A program made the position numbers and the translations under genes. Positions 29,029-39,662 of a stretch of 64,000 nt of DNA are shown one piece after another. Within the stretch, counting starts at the first letter, position 1, and each line of letters opens with the position of its first letter. Location of the stretch: NCBI GenBank assembly GCA_963740355.1, contig CAVUDW010000002.1:1408001-1472000 (forward strand). The letters are read 5' to 3'. Origin of the DNA: an uncultured Gemmatimonadaceae bacterium (GTDB lineage Bacteria > Gemmatimonadota > Gemmatimonadetes > Gemmatimonadales > Gemmatimonadaceae). Below the pieces are notes generated by a model. It made no database searches. It was given only the letters and a program-made list of their open reading frames with translations, and had not been told where the DNA came from.

Positions 29029-30192
29029 CTAGACCGCGCCAGCGAGACGACGTGCCTTCTCGACGAGGGAAGGGAAGACCTCGCACACGCGCGCGATGTC
29101 GGCATCGGTGCTCAGCATGCCGACCGACAGACGCACCGCTGCACCAGCCAGCCCACGCGACACGCCCATCGCGCTCAACACATGGCTCGGCGACACACTC
29201 CCACTCTGGCAGGCCGATCCACCGCTGGCAGCAATGCCGGCGAGGTCGAGCGCCATCAACAGGCTTTCGCTGTCGGTCCCTGGCACGCTCACGTTCAGGA
29301 TGTGCGGCGCACGCGTCGCTCCAACACCATGCACCACGGCATCCGGCACACGGGCGAGGATCGCACGCTCCAGCGCATCACGCATCGCGCCCAGTCGCGT
29401 ACACTCGGCTTCCCGCTCCGCGAGCTGGAGTTCGGCCGCCACCGCGAGACCGACGGCGAACGCCACATTCTCGGTGCCGGGGCGGCGTCCGCGATCCTGC
29501 GAGCCACCATGAAACAGCGGCTCGAACGGCGTGCCGCGTCGCAGGAACAACGCGCCAATGCCCTTCGGGGCACCGATCTTGTGCCCGCTCAACGACAGGA
29601 TGTCCACCGGCAGCGTGGTCATGTCGATCGGCAACTTGCCGAACGCCTGCACGGCGTCGGTGTGCATCAATGCACCCACACGACGCGCGTGGGCGCCGAT
29701 CGCGGGAATGTCCTGCACCACGCCGATCTCGTTGTTGATCCACATCACGCTGCACACCGCGACCTGCTCATCGACCAACTCGTCGAGCGCCGCCAGGTCG
29801 ACCACACCATCGCACGTCACTGGGAAGAGGCGCTCCTCACCACCCTCACGCGCGACCTGATGCACGACCTCGAGCACCGCCTTGTGCTCGGTCGGGCTGG
29901 TCACGACCGCGTTGCGGCCCTGCGCCCGACGCATCCGCCAGGTGCCGATGATGGCGAGGTTGTCGCCCTCGGTGCCGCCGGAGGTGAACACGATCTCGTC
30001 CGGCTGCGCCTTGAGACAGGCCGCGATCCGCGACCGCGCCTCGTCCAGCGCCGTGCGCGCGTCCCGACCCCAGCGGTGCACGCTGGACGGGTTGCCGAAC
30101 CGCGCGCCGAAAAAGGGCGTCATGGCTTCCAGCACCTCCGAACGAACGGGGGTGGTGGCGGCGTGGTCGAGGTAGATGGGCGGCGGGGCCAT
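29029..30192 (-). CDS. iscS: Cysteine desulfurase (IscS/NifS family)
   Basis: YLDHAATTP, GNPSS.H, FTSGGTE, HTDAVQ, SGHK..APKG, GSAC. Confidence 0.92.
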   Translation of the reverse strand: MAPPPIYLDHAATTPVRSEVLEAMTPFFGARFGNPSSVHRWGRDARTALDEARSRIAACLKAQPDEIVFTSGGTEGDNLAIIGTWRMRRAQGRNAVVTSPTEHKAVLEVVHQVAREGGEERLFPVTCDGVVDLAALDELVDEQVAVCSVMWINNEIGVVQDIPAIGAHARRVGALMHTDAVQAFGKLPIDMTTLPVDILSLSGHKIGAPKGIGALFLRRGTPFEPLFHGGSQDRGRRPGTENVAFAVGLAVAAELQLAEREAECTRLGAMRDALERAILARVPDAVVHGVGATRAPHILNVSVPGTDSESLLMALDLAGIAASGGSACQSGSVSPSHVLSAMGVSRGLAGAAVRLSVGMLSTDADIARVCEVFPSLVEKARRLAGAV

Positions 30193-30227
30193 AGGCAGGG
30201 AAGATACGAGCTCAGCCCCGATTGTGC

Positions 30228-30869
30228 CTACGGGACAGCCCGCTCCAGGATCGCCCGAACCGGCGCCGCGTCGGCCCCAACCACCAGCACGGGGTAGGCG
30301 GTGAGGATGTATTCGCCGTCCGGCACGTCGCCGAGGTAGAGGTTCTCGAGGACATACGCCCCGCCGCCGAACAGTGCCCGGTGGACGGTCAGGTCGGTGG
30401 CGGTCCGCGGGTCCACACTCGGCGCGTCCACCCCAAAGAGCTTCAGCCCGCCCCTGGTCAGCCAGCTCGCGGCGTCCGCCGTCAGGGACGGCCATTCCGC
30501 CGGAAAGGTCCCCAGCAGCACGGAGCGCCCGGTCCGCAGCAGCAAGCGGGTCGGAAGGCGCATGCCCTCCAGCGCCGCGATGAGCCACTCGGTGGTGATC
30601 GAGCCGCCCACGTTCGCATCACGGGCATCGAGCACCGTCACGGGCCCGTGGAAGGCTGCCAGCGGCAACGATTCGCTGGCCGCGCCGTGCTGGGTCACGT
30701 GCAGCGGTGCATCGGCATGCGTCCCGACATGCCAGCTGGTTGTCACCCGCCCGACGTTCACGCTCGCTCCCGCCGACATCTCCCACGCCCACCCGCAGGA
30801 ATACGGCGTATCGCCCGGCCACGCCGGTGTCGCCTGGCCATACGCGACACTGATGTCGTAGCGAGTCAT
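30228..30869 (-). CDS. kynB: Cyclase-family arylformamidase (KynB-like)
   Basis: WPGDTP, HVGTHADAPLH, GVDAPSVD, LENL, DAAPVRA. Confidence 0.8.
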   Translation of the reverse strand: MTRYDISVAYGQATPAWPGDTPYSCGWAWEMSAGASVNVGRVTTSWHVGTHADAPLHVTQHGAASESLPLAAFHGPVTVLDARDANVGGSITTEWLIAALEGMRLPTRLLLRTGRSVLLGTFPAEWPSLTADAASWLTRGGLKLFGVDAPSVDPRTATDLTVHRALFGGGAYVLENLYLGDVPDGEYILTAYPVLVVGADAAPVRAILERAVP

Positions 30870-30878
30870 GGCGCGTGC

Positions 30879-31601
30879 CTAGAAGGTCGAGACGTCGAGC
30901 GCGGCGATGTCCGACACACGCACCGTCTCGGTGGTGTGAAACGGCTCGCCGTAGCGAGCCCGAATCATCGTGCCGTAGTGCGCCGCCTGATGCCGAATCA
31001 CGTCCGGCAACGGCTCACCATTCGGATAGACCTCGCCAGCCTGCGTCAGCCCGTCGAACTGGGAGTGATAGCAGCGGATAGCGGCCAGCTTCTGCTCGAA
31101 GACATCGCTGATGTCGACGATGAACGAGGGCGTGATCGGATCTTCGCGGAACGACATGCAGTGCACGACCTTCCGCGGCCGAAAGGCTGGCATGTCGGGC
31201 ACCAGTTTCTTCAGTCCCGCAAGAAAGCAGGCATCTCGCACCAGCTGGGCGGCCGCGATGTGATCGGGATGCCGGCCCTGTCGTGCGTGTGTGATCACGA
31301 TCGTCGGTCGATGCTTGCGGATCGCGCGGATCACTGCTTCGCGCGTCTCTGGTGTGTTCACGAGATGCGCGTCCGGGAGGTGCAGATTCTCGCGCACCGA
31401 GACGCCGAGAATGCGCGCCGCCGCCTGCGCCTCTTCCGCACGCAGTTCTGCCGTGCCTCGGCTGCCGGTCTCGCCTGCGGTGAGATCCACGATGCCGGTG
31501 CGTCGGCCAAGCGCAGCACTCGCGAGCATGGTACCGCCGCAAGCGAGTTCAACATCGTCCGGATGCGCCATGATGGCGAGGACGTCGAGAGGTGCCTTCA
31601 T
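30879..31601 (-). CDS. bshB1: PIG-L family deacetylase, BshB1-like
   Basis: AHPDDVEL.CGGT, DLT.GE.GSRGT..LR..E, RHPDH, CY.SQF. Confidence 0.85.
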   Translation of the reverse strand: MKAPLDVLAIMAHPDDVELACGGTMLASAALGRRTGIVDLTAGETGSRGTAELRAEEAQAAARILGVSVRENLHLPDAHLVNTPETREAVIRAIRKHRPTIVITHARQGRHPDHIAAAQLVRDACFLAGLKKLVPDMPAFRPRKVVHCMSFREDPITPSFIVDISDVFEQKLAAIRCYHSQFDGLTQAGEVYPNGEPLPDVIRHQAAHYGTMIRARYGEPFHTTETVRVSDIAALDVSTF

Positions 31602-31654
31602 CTCGAAAAGCTAACCTGCGGCGCGCGACGACACCGAGCGTCGCCGTCAGCGTG

Positions 31655-33106
31655 TCAGGCCACTGCGACTGGCGTCGGCTGAATCGCGCCTCGCCCGGCA
31701 TTCACGATCGACTCGGCCTGCGCCATCACTAGCGCCCGCGACGCGATCCGCTCGCCGGCTGCGACGCAGTCGCCGACACTCACCCCGCGGCGGAACTGCC
31801 CGTCGACCAGCAGCCCGGGCACCAACGACTCGATCTCGTCGGCCGCAGCACCATGCGCGCCATGCCCGACGTTGTACTGCGGAATGGCCTGCGGCCACGA
31901 CGTCAGGTGCACGAACTTCGGCACTCCGGTGACGCCGAGGATTTCGGCCAGCTCTGGCTCGACGATCTCGACCAGTTCCGCCGCTGACGCGGTTCCGAGC
32001 TCGGGACGTCGTACGCCGCCCAGGAAGCAGGTGAGCAACACGTAGCCATCAGGCGCGCGACCGTCGAACAACGTGCTCGAAAAGAGGACGCCCAGTGTGC
32101 TGCGACGCTCGGCACTGGGGATCAGGCACCCGAATCCATCCAGCGCATGCGCCACATCGGCGCGTCGATAGCCGAGCGCGAGTGAGGCGACAGCGGGGTA
32201 GGGCAGTGTGCCCAGCTGCGCCACTGCACGCTGGGTCGACGGCGGCAACTGGATCGACGCGAAAGCGTGCACCGGCAACGTCGACACCACCGCGTCGGCA
32301 CAGAGGGTGACGACGGCGCCATCCTGCTCGATCGTGACCTCGGTGCCGTTGATCGTTTTCGCGATCGCAGTGACACGTGCGCGTCGCAGGATGGTGGTGC
32401 TGCCCAGGTCGTCGGCGATCGCCTGCGGCAGGGTGCCCATGCCATCCACGAACGACACCATCGTGGAACGACGGCCGCTGAGCCCCGGCTGTCCACGCGC
32501 CACCCGACTCTTGCGAGCGGCAGCGATCCCGCCGCGCACCAGAGAACCATGCTCGCGCTCGAGCGCGGCAAGGCGCGGGAAGGCATGCGCGACGCTCAAG
32601 CGCTCGGGATCGCCCGCGTAGACGCCCGACACGAACGGATCGACGGCGTAGGTGAGCGGTTCCGTACCGAGCCGACGCCGCACGAAGGCGGCCACCGATT
32701 CATCACCGGCTGCAGTCCGTCGCCCGACGAATGGTTCGGCCAGCAGGCGCAGCTTCGCCCCGACACTGAACAGTGGCGAGCGCAGCATCGAGCCCGGTGA
32801 CGACGGTACTTCCAGCGCGCGCCCGTCGCGCACGATGTAACGGCGCTGCGCCTGCGGTGCCGCGGGGCGGAGCAGTGGCGTCAATCCGAGCGCGTCGACG
32901 AGGTGCGCGAGCTCGCCGGTGAGCATGCAGGAGTTCGGGCCATGCTCCACCAGGTAGCCGTCGCGCGATGTGCTGCGCATCACGCCACCGACTGCGTCAC
33001 TCGCCTCGACCACCGTGACATCCGCGCCACTGCGGCGCAGGTGCCAGGCGGTGGTGAGTCCGGTCAGACCGGCACCACAGACGATGACATGAGGAACCGA
33101 CCGCAC
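31655..33106 (-). CDS. hemG: Protoporphyrinogen oxidase (HemY-type)
   Basis: GAGLTGL, EHGPNS, DESVA.FVRRRLG.E, PFVSGVYAGD, AIPQY.VGH; start approximate. Confidence 0.92.
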   Translation of the reverse strand: MRSVPHVIVCGAGLTGLTTAWHLRRSGADVTVVEASDAVGGVMRSTSRDGYLVEHGPNSCMLTGELAHLVDALGLTPLLRPAAPQAQRRYIVRDGRALEVPSSPGSMLRSPLFSVGAKLRLLAEPFVGRRTAAGDESVAAFVRRRLGTEPLTYAVDPFVSGVYAGDPERLSVAHAFPRLAALEREHGSLVRGGIAAARKSRVARGQPGLSGRRSTMVSFVDGMGTLPQAIADDLGSTTILRRARVTAIAKTINGTEVTIEQDGAVVTLCADAVVSTLPVHAFASIQLPPSTQRAVAQLGTLPYPAVASLALGYRRADVAHALDGFGCLIPSAERRSTLGVLFSSTLFDGRAPDGYVLLTCFLGGVRRPELGTASAAELVEIVEPELAEILGVTGVPKFVHLTSWPQAIPQYNVGHGAHGAAADEIESLVPGLLVDGQFRRGVSVGDCVAAGERIASRALVMAQAESIVNAGRGAIQPTPVAVA

Positions 33107-33111
33107 GGCAG

Positions 33112-34104
33112 TCAGTCGGCGAGCCAGTCGCGCGGTGCGAGCATCGCCACCAGTTCGGCTTCGAAGCTGCCCGCCGCCCAGGTGGGCGCATACGGCCACG
33201 CTGCCAGCGGCGGGAGGCTCATCAGCACACTCTCGATACGTGCCGCGGTGTGCAGCCCGAAATGTGTGCCGCGATCGTGCACGAGGTTGAACTCGACGTA
33301 GCGGCCGCGACGCACCAGCTGGAAGTTCCGTTCGCGCTCACCATACGGCGTGTCGCGGCGCTTCTCGACGATCGGGCCGTAGGCCTCGGTCAGGCTGCGC
33401 GCGATCGCGTCGACGAACTGCATCGTCGTCTCGACGTCCATTCCACTTTCGTCTTCACCCGGCCGCATGTGGTCGAAGAAGACGCCGCCGCAGCCGCGTG
33501 CCTCGTTCTCACGATGGGTGTTGCGGAAGTACTCGTCGCACCACGGCTTGAACCGTGTGTGCAGCGACGGATGAAAGCGATCGCAGATGGACGCCAGCGT
33601 GCGATGGAAGTGCTGCACATCTTCGGCGAACGGGTACATCGGGGTGATGTCGGTGCCACCGCCGTACCACGCGTCACGGAGATTCCCGTCGTCGTCGGTG
33701 AGCTCGAAGTAGCGCACGTTCAGGTGCACCGTCGGGATCATCGGGCTGCGCGGATGGAAGACGAGGCTCATGCCGGTGGCGAAGAACTGCGATTCGCCAT
33801 CCGACACACCGCGTCCACCCAACTTTGCGGCAGCGGCCGCGGGAAGGCGACCGTACACCACGCTGCGATTGACACCGCCCTTCTCGAACGTGGCGCCGTC
33901 GGTGAGCACGCGTGAGTGCCCACCGCCACCCTCGGCCCGATCCCAGCGATCCTCGCGGAAATCCGCTCCACGATCGAGCTGTGTGAACAGTGCCGTCACA
34001 TCGTCGTGCACGCCGGCAATCCAGGCGATGGCGCGGGCACGCCGCGCGTCACCGGAATTCGCGTTGTCAGTGGACGCGAGCATCGGGGACGCGGACGACG
34101 TCAT
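33112..34104 (-). CDS. hemF: Oxygen-dependent coproporphyrinogen III oxidase
   Basis: FEKGGVN, HP.SP.IPTVHLNVRYF, WYGGGTD.TP, RRGRYVEFNLVHDRGT.FGL. Confidence 0.96.
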   Translation of the reverse strand: MTSSASPMLASTDNANSGDARRARAIAWIAGVHDDVTALFTQLDRGADFREDRWDRAEGGGGHSRVLTDGATFEKGGVNRSVVYGRLPAAAAAKLGGRGVSDGESQFFATGMSLVFHPRSPMIPTVHLNVRYFELTDDDGNLRDAWYGGGTDITPMYPFAEDVQHFHRTLASICDRFHPSLHTRFKPWCDEYFRNTHRENEARGCGGVFFDHMRPGEDESGMDVETTMQFVDAIARSLTEAYGPIVEKRRDTPYGERERNFQLVRRGRYVEFNLVHDRGTHFGLHTAARIESVLMSLPPLAAWPYAPTWAAGSFEAELVAMLAPRDWLAD

Positions 34105-35234
34105 GACGCGAGGCGATCCTTGGGACGCTGCACTGGCACCGATGCCTGCGGGGCACGCCACTCACGCACGGTGTCGATGAACGCCTTCGCATTCTGCACC
34201 GGGATGTCCGGCAGGATGCCATGGCCGAGATTCGCGATGTGGCCGCGGCCACCGAACTCCTCGAGCATGCGCAGCGTACGGGCTCGGATGGTGCTCGGCG
34301 GCGCATACAGCAGGCAGGGATCGAGGTTGCCCTGCAGTGCGACCGGCAGGTGCTCCATGCGCTTCTTCGCCTCGGCGGCACTGATCTGCCAGTCGACGCC
34401 GATGACATCCGCCATAGTGGCCTGCGCCAGCTCTTCCATCGCCCAGCCAGCGCCGGGTGCGAACACGATCAACGGCACACCGGCGGTGCGTGCGATCGAT
34501 GCCACGCGCGCCAGGTACGGCAGCGCAAACTGACGGAACTCGTGCGGCGCGAGTGCGCCGGCCCAGCTCTCGAAGATCTGCAACGCCTGCGCGCCAGCTG
34601 CTGCCTGCGCGACGAGGAAGTTGCCGACTGCGGTCGCGAGCTTGTTGAGCAGCGCGTGTGCGTCCTGCGGTGCTTCGTACAACATGCGCTTGGCGACGGC
34701 GAACTGCTTCGTCCCCTTGCCCTCGACCATGTACGCCGCGAGGGTCCACGGGCCGCCGGCAAAGCCGATCAGCGGCACACGACCATCGAGTTCGCGACGC
34801 GTCATGCGGACGGCATCCAGCATGTAGCCGAGGCCCTCTTCCGGCACCACCGGATTCAGGCGCGCGATCGCATCGCCATTGCGCAGCGGGGACGAGAATA
34901 CTGGTCCGACGCCTTCATCGACCGTCAGGTCCATGCCCATCGCCTGCGGCACCACCAGGATGTCGCTGAAGATGATGGCCGCATCGACGCCCATGATGTC
35001 GACCGGCTGCAGCGTCACTTCGGTCGCGAGTTCCGGGTTCCGGCACATCTCGAGGAATCCACCCGACTTCGCACGCACCGCGCGGTACTCGGGCAGGTAA
35101 CGTCCGGCCTGGCGCATCATCCACACCGGCGGGCGTTCCACGATCTCACGGCGGCAGGCACGCAGGAACAGGTCGCTGCGGCGCGTCGTCGACGGCGCCT
35201 CGGCGAGCGCAATCGGGGTCGTCTTGATCGTCAT
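34101..35234 (-). CDS. hemE: Uroporphyrinogen decarboxylase
   Basis: PVWMMRQAGRYLPEY, DAAIIFSDIL, LQGNLDP, NLGHGI. Confidence 0.97.
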   Translation of the reverse strand: MTIKTTPIALAEAPSTTRRSDLFLRACRREIVERPPVWMMRQAGRYLPEYRAVRAKSGGFLEMCRNPELATEVTLQPVDIMGVDAAIIFSDILVVPQAMGMDLTVDEGVGPVFSSPLRNGDAIARLNPVVPEEGLGYMLDAVRMTRRELDGRVPLIGFAGGPWTLAAYMVEGKGTKQFAVAKRMLYEAPQDAHALLNKLATAVGNFLVAQAAAGAQALQIFESWAGALAPHEFRQFALPYLARVASIARTAGVPLIVFAPGAGWAMEELAQATMADVIGVDWQISAAEAKKRMEHLPVALQGNLDPCLLYAPPSTIRARTLRMLEEFGGRGHIANLGHGILPDIPVQNAKAFIDTVREWRAPQASVPVQRPKDRLAS

Positions 35235-35244
35235 TGGCGCTGGT

Positions 35245-36576
35245 TCAGGAGTTCGGTGGTACGAAAGCCGACGCTCCGTCGCGCGTCATCGGCATCGCTG
35301 AGAAATCGGACGGCACTCCGCGACGCGGGGTGCTGGCGAACAGCTGATCGAGGTGCACCGCGAGGTCGTCCACGTTTTCACCGCGTGCGATCGCATCGCT
35401 GAACACATTCATCGGGCGGGCGAGCAGCTTGGCCACGATCCGCTCTGCGGTGCGCTCGGCCACGTTGTCGCCGGCCACGAAGGCCACTTCGCGACGGCAA
35501 AGGTCCACCAGCGCGTCGTGAAGCGACCGAATCGCAAGCCGTGCCGCGCCGGTCGCCAGCCAATGCCGCAACCAGCGCATTTCATGGTCGACGATGCGTT
35601 CGGCATCTGGCACGGCCGAGAGCCGCGCCGCTTCGGCGGCCACGATCGGCTGGTGCAGCGAATCGAGGTCGACGAGCGTGATGCCGGGCATTGCCGTGAC
35701 ACGCGGGTCCACGTTGCGTGGCATCGCGAGATCGAGCAGCAGCAGGGGGGCGTGATCGTAGCCCACGTTCACCCGTGCCGTATGCAGCTGGTCGGCGATG
35801 AGTGTGTGTGTCGCGGCACCCGTTGCAATGATCACGACATCGGCGAAGGCCGCCTCGACGTGCATCGTGTCCATCGGCGCCACGCGGCCGCGCAGGCTCT
35901 CGGCCAACTCCTGTGCGCGTTCGATGGTGCGGTTCATGAGCACGATGTCCACCGCGCCGAGCTTGGCCAGCTGGCGTGCGGCGCGCGTGCCGGTCTTGCC
36001 GCAGCCGATGATCAGGCAGCGGGCATGCTGCAGTGACCCGAAACGGTGCAGCGCGACGCTGGCGGCTTCGGCACCGATCGAATTGCGACCGGTGGAGAGA
36101 TTCGTGTCCGACTGCACGCGACGACCTGTGCGCAGCGCAATCTCGAACAACCGGTGCAGCATCGGCCCGACGGTGTTCATCTCGCAGGCCGTGCGATACG
36201 ACGAGCGCACCTGGCCGAGGATCTGTCCATCGCCAAGGATCTGGCTTTCGAGGCCCGCGGCGAGGCGGAGCAGGTGACGGCCCACTTCATCGCCGATGCG
36301 GATGTTGAGCGACTTGAGGAGCGCCTGACGTTCAGTCGGATGTGGCATCCAGACGGAGGTCAGGTGGTCCACCGCCGTCTCGAGCGCCGCCTGGCCGCTC
36401 GATTCAGTCCAGACGTACAACTCGGTGCGATTGCAGGTCGAGACGAGTGCGAGTTCGCACACGCCGCCACCGAGCAGCGCGCCGTACATCTCGCCCAGTC
36501 GCTGCTCGGCAACGTGAAAACGTTCCCGCGTGGCAACGTCCGCGCTGCGATAGTCGACAGCCAGGCAGATCAGCAT
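35245..36576 (-). CDS. hemA: Glutamyl-tRNA reductase
   Basis: STCNRTE, GLESQILG..QILGQV, GxG NADPH loop, DLAMPRNVD. Confidence 0.9.
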   Translation of the reverse strand: MLICLAVDYRSADVATRERFHVAEQRLGEMYGALLGGGVCELALVSTCNRTELYVWTESSGQAALETAVDHLTSVWMPHPTERQALLKSLNIRIGDEVGRHLLRLAAGLESQILGDGQILGQVRSSYRTACEMNTVGPMLHRLFEIALRTGRRVQSDTNLSTGRNSIGAEAASVALHRFGSLQHARCLIIGCGKTGTRAARQLAKLGAVDIVLMNRTIERAQELAESLRGRVAPMDTMHVEAAFADVVIIATGAATHTLIADQLHTARVNVGYDHAPLLLLDLAMPRNVDPRVTAMPGITLVDLDSLHQPIVAAEAARLSAVPDAERIVDHEMRWLRHWLATGAARLAIRSLHDALVDLCRREVAFVAGDNVAERTAERIVAKLLARPMNVFSDAIARGENVDDLAVHLDQLFASTPRRGVPSDFSAMPMTRDGASAFVPPNS

Positions 36577-36580
36577 GCGT

Positions 36581-37069
36581 TCACCGGTGTGCGAAGGGAG
36601 CGTTGCGTCGTATGATGGCGATGTTCAGCACGGTGGCGAACATCACCCAGAGCAGGTACGGCACAAACGCCCACGCCGCGCGCTTGTCCAGCGGCGCGAC
36701 AGTCACAGTCAGCAGCACGATGCTGCCGAAGAAGGGCACGATCTCGATCAGGGCCAGATCCGGCCGACGTCGACCGAAGAACAGAAAGCTCCACAGCGTG
36801 TTCAGCCCACCGTTGAGCGCGAACAGCCCGAACAAGCGTGCCTTCTCGCCCGTCGTTGCCAGCTGTTCCCACGACACCACGAAGGCGAATCCCATGCAGA
36901 GAAAAATCGTCGTCCACGCCGGACCGAAGAGCCAGTCCGGCGGCTGCCAGCTCGGCTTCGACAACCCGTAGTACCACGGGCCGAGTTGTGTCACGAGTGC
37001 GCCACCGGCGGCTGTGACCACCAGCCCACCCGCGGCGAGCGCAATCGCCGTGACCGAATACCCGAGCAT
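36581..37069 (-). CDS. tspO: TspO/CrtK tryptophan-rich sensory protein
   Basis: WYYGLSKPSWQPPDWLFGPAWT, LN.LWS.LFF, PYLLWV.FA..LN. Confidence 0.95.
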   Translation of the reverse strand: MLGYSVTAIALAAGGLVVTAAGGALVTQLGPWYYGLSKPSWQPPDWLFGPAWTTIFLCMGFAFVVSWEQLATTGEKARLFGLFALNGGLNTLWSFLFFGRRRPDLALIEIVPFFGSIVLLTVTVAPLDKRAAWAFVPYLLWVMFATVLNIAIIRRNAPFAHR

Positions 37070-38262
37070 CAAGCAACCGGCGCCAAGCCTGTCAAATGTC
37101 CGATGTTCTTGAAGAAGATGCGCGCGTGTGCGAGCGGCTTCCCACGTACCAGCTTTTTCCGCATGTAGGCATCGAACGTCAGCTTCTGGATGTCTTCGTC
37201 GCGACACATCGTCACGAACCGTTCGCGACGGTTGTCGGTCGTGTACCAGAAGTTCTGCATCACATCGAGGACCTTGAATACCTGGCCGTGCTCCCAGAGG
37301 AAGCGGCGCCTGGCGGCGCGCAGCTTGCTCGACTTCCCGGTGCGAATCGCATCGGCAACGGCATCAGCAGTGAATCGGCCACAGGTCATTGCGTAGAAGA
37401 TGCCCTCACCTGACGCCGGCGCTACCACCCCGGCCGCATCTCCGCAAACTGAGACGTCTTTCCCGTTCTCCCACCACTTGAGCGGGCGGAGGGGAATTGG
37501 GGCGCCCTCCCTGCGGATCGTCTCACATCCGGCCAGCCCGGTCTCCTCCCGAAGGCGGGCCACGGCGGCCCGCATGTCGAAGCCCTGCTGGAACGTCCCG
37601 GTCCCGATGCTGGTCACGTCGCCGTGGGGGAAGACCCAGGCGTAGAAGTCGGGGGAGTACTTGCCGTCATAGTAGATGTCAGCGCGCCGGGCCTGAAAAT
37701 CGTCGGTTTCGACGCTCGGCGACTTCACGATCTCGTGGTAGGCCGTCACACGGTTGCCGCCGGCATACGCGATCGGGATGGCCTGACGCGCCACGCCACT
37801 GAGCGCGCCGTCGGCGCCGATCAGGTGCCGGGCCTTGATCGTCTCCAGCACACCCGAGCGGGAGTTGCCCGCTGCGTAGTGAATCAGGAGCCGATTGTCG
37901 GTGTCGTAGCTGAAATGATCGAAGAAGCCGGTGATCCGATCGGCGCCGTTCGAGCGGGCGCGTTCGCGCAGCCATTCGTCGAACGTGCCGCGGTCCACCA
38001 TCCCGACGTAGCCCTTGCCGACCGGGATGTCGACCTTCTGCCGGTGCGGCGAGACCATACGTGCGGTCCCGACACGGGCCACCAGCAGTTCGTCAGGGAT
38101 GTCGAAATCGACCATCGCCTGCGGGGGGACGGCGCCGCCACACGGCTTCACACGCCCCGCCTTGTCCATCAACGCAACCGAGAAGCCTTGCGTCGCCAGG
38201 TCATTCGCTGCCGTCGCGCCCGACGGTCCACCGCCAATCACCACCACGTCGTACATCTTCAT
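37069..38262 (-). CDS. bchP: Geranylgeranyl reductase
   Basis: GGGPSGATAA, KPCGGAVPP, SPDFYAWVFPHG, GDAAG.VAPASGEGIFYAM. Confidence 0.96.
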   Translation of the reverse strand: MKMYDVVVIGGGPSGATAANDLATQGFSVALMDKAGRVKPCGGAVPPQAMVDFDIPDELLVARVGTARMVSPHRQKVDIPVGKGYVGMVDRGTFDEWLRERARSNGADRITGFFDHFSYDTDNRLLIHYAAGNSRSGVLETIKARHLIGADGALSGVARQAIPIAYAGGNRVTAYHEIVKSPSVETDDFQARRADIYYDGKYSPDFYAWVFPHGDVTSIGTGTFQQGFDMRAAVARLREETGLAGCETIRREGAPIPLRPLKWWENGKDVSVCGDAAGVVAPASGEGIFYAMTCGRFTADAVADAIRTGKSSKLRAARRRFLWEHGQVFKVLDVMQNFWYTTDNRRERFVTMCRDEDIQKLTFDAYMRKKLVRGKPLAHARIFFKNIGHLTGLAPVA

Positions 38263-38327
38263 TGCGGCTCCCCAGATCCCTGGTGCTGCAGGTTCTCGCA
38301 CGGTTCGGTGGTCATGTGAGCCATGAC

Positions 38328-39662
38328 TCAGCCTGCCGCTGCGAGGAGTGATTCAGTCGACTGCGCGCGGCCAGCCTGCTTGGCCGCCGAGGCGAGGACG
38401 GCGGCGCCGACGAACAACGCCGCTTCCATCGCGAACACGCTTCCATATCCAAGGCGATCGGAGTCGAACACGGCGCGCATGACGTCGCTCGCACCCGCGC
38501 CGAGTAGTCCACCGGCTGCCATCGCGATGGCCTGCGAGGCGCCAAAGACGCCCATCCGCACGCCAGTCTGCGATTGGTCGGCTGCCGTCGACAGCGACAT
38601 CATCGAGCCGATCGCACCGATCGCGAACGCTCCATTCGCCACGCCCAGCGCGAACAAGGCGCCTTTCAACATCAGCAGGCTGTCGAGCACCGGCGCCGCC
38701 GCAATGGCCAGCAGCGCGAAGGCCGACGCCACGCAGCCCCACCGTGCCCACCCCGCCAGGGTCCCGACGCGCGTCGACAGCATCGCGGTCAACAGCATGC
38801 CGAGCAGCGAGCCGCCCTGATGCAATCCACTGATGCCCGTCGACTGCGCGGGCGTGAGGTTGAACACCGAGCCGGCAAAGGGCTCGAGAATCAGGTCCTG
38901 CGTGCTGTACGCCAGCATCGACAGGCCAACGAAGAACGAGAAGCGACGTGCGATCGGATCGGACCAGACCACGCGCAGCGCCTCGACGAATGGCATCGCA
39001 GCCGCGCGTGCCTTGACTGCGGCGCTGCGTGGTGCGTCCAGCCCGACCAGTGCGAGCGCCGTCAGTGCGACGCAGGCTCCACCGATGATCATGGTGGCGC
39101 GCACCAGCGTCGGAAACGAGAACGGATCGAGCAGCTTGCGCGCGACCACCGTGCAGAGAATGAAGCCGGCGATCATGCAAAGCCAGACAGTCGCAGCTGC
39201 GCGGGCATGCCGCGCTGGCTCGACACGCAATGAGAGCAGCGTGAGGAGCAATGTCCCGGCCGTGCTGACACCCAGTCCCACCAGGATGAAGGCAACGATC
39301 ATCAGCGGATAACCGATCATCGGGGCCGACTTCAACGACGGGAGCAGCACCGAAATCGCGATCACACCGGTGGCCAGCATCACCATGCCGAGCACGATCC
39401 ATCGCGTCAGGCGCCCATGCTGGTCGGCGAAATGCCCCATGCGCGGGCGCAACCAGAGCTGTACGCCGTAGTGCAACGCCACCAGCGCACCCGGTACCAT
39501 CGCCGGCAACGCCAACTCCACCACCATCAGCCGGTTGATCGTCGCAGTGATCAGCACGATCAGGGCACCGAGACAGGCCTGGACGACGCCGAGACGCAAC
39601 ACCGAGCCGAATCCAAACGACGAGGACGCAGGCGTCGGCATGGCGATCGCGGCGCTGCTCAT
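38328..39662 (-). CDS. PucC/BCD-family MFS protein (bch2)
   Basis: RLG.VQA.LGA, NR.MVVELALPA..PG.LV.LHY, QDLILEPFAG; bchG-2-P arrangement. Confidence 0.9.
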   Translation of the reverse strand: MSSAAIAMPTPASSSFGFGSVLRLGVVQACLGALIVLITATINRLMVVELALPAMVPGALVALHYGVQLWLRPRMGHFADQHGRLTRWIVLGMVMLATGVIAISVLLPSLKSAPMIGYPLMIVAFILVGLGVSTAGTLLLTLLSLRVEPARHARAAATVWLCMIAGFILCTVVARKLLDPFSFPTLVRATMIIGGACVALTALALVGLDAPRSAAVKARAAAMPFVEALRVVWSDPIARRFSFFVGLSMLAYSTQDLILEPFAGSVFNLTPAQSTGISGLHQGGSLLGMLLTAMLSTRVGTLAGWARWGCVASAFALLAIAAAPVLDSLLMLKGALFALGVANGAFAIGAIGSMMSLSTAADQSQTGVRMGVFGASQAIAMAAGGLLGAGASDVMRAVFDSDRLGYGSVFAMEAALFVGAAVLASAAKQAGRAQSTESLLAAAG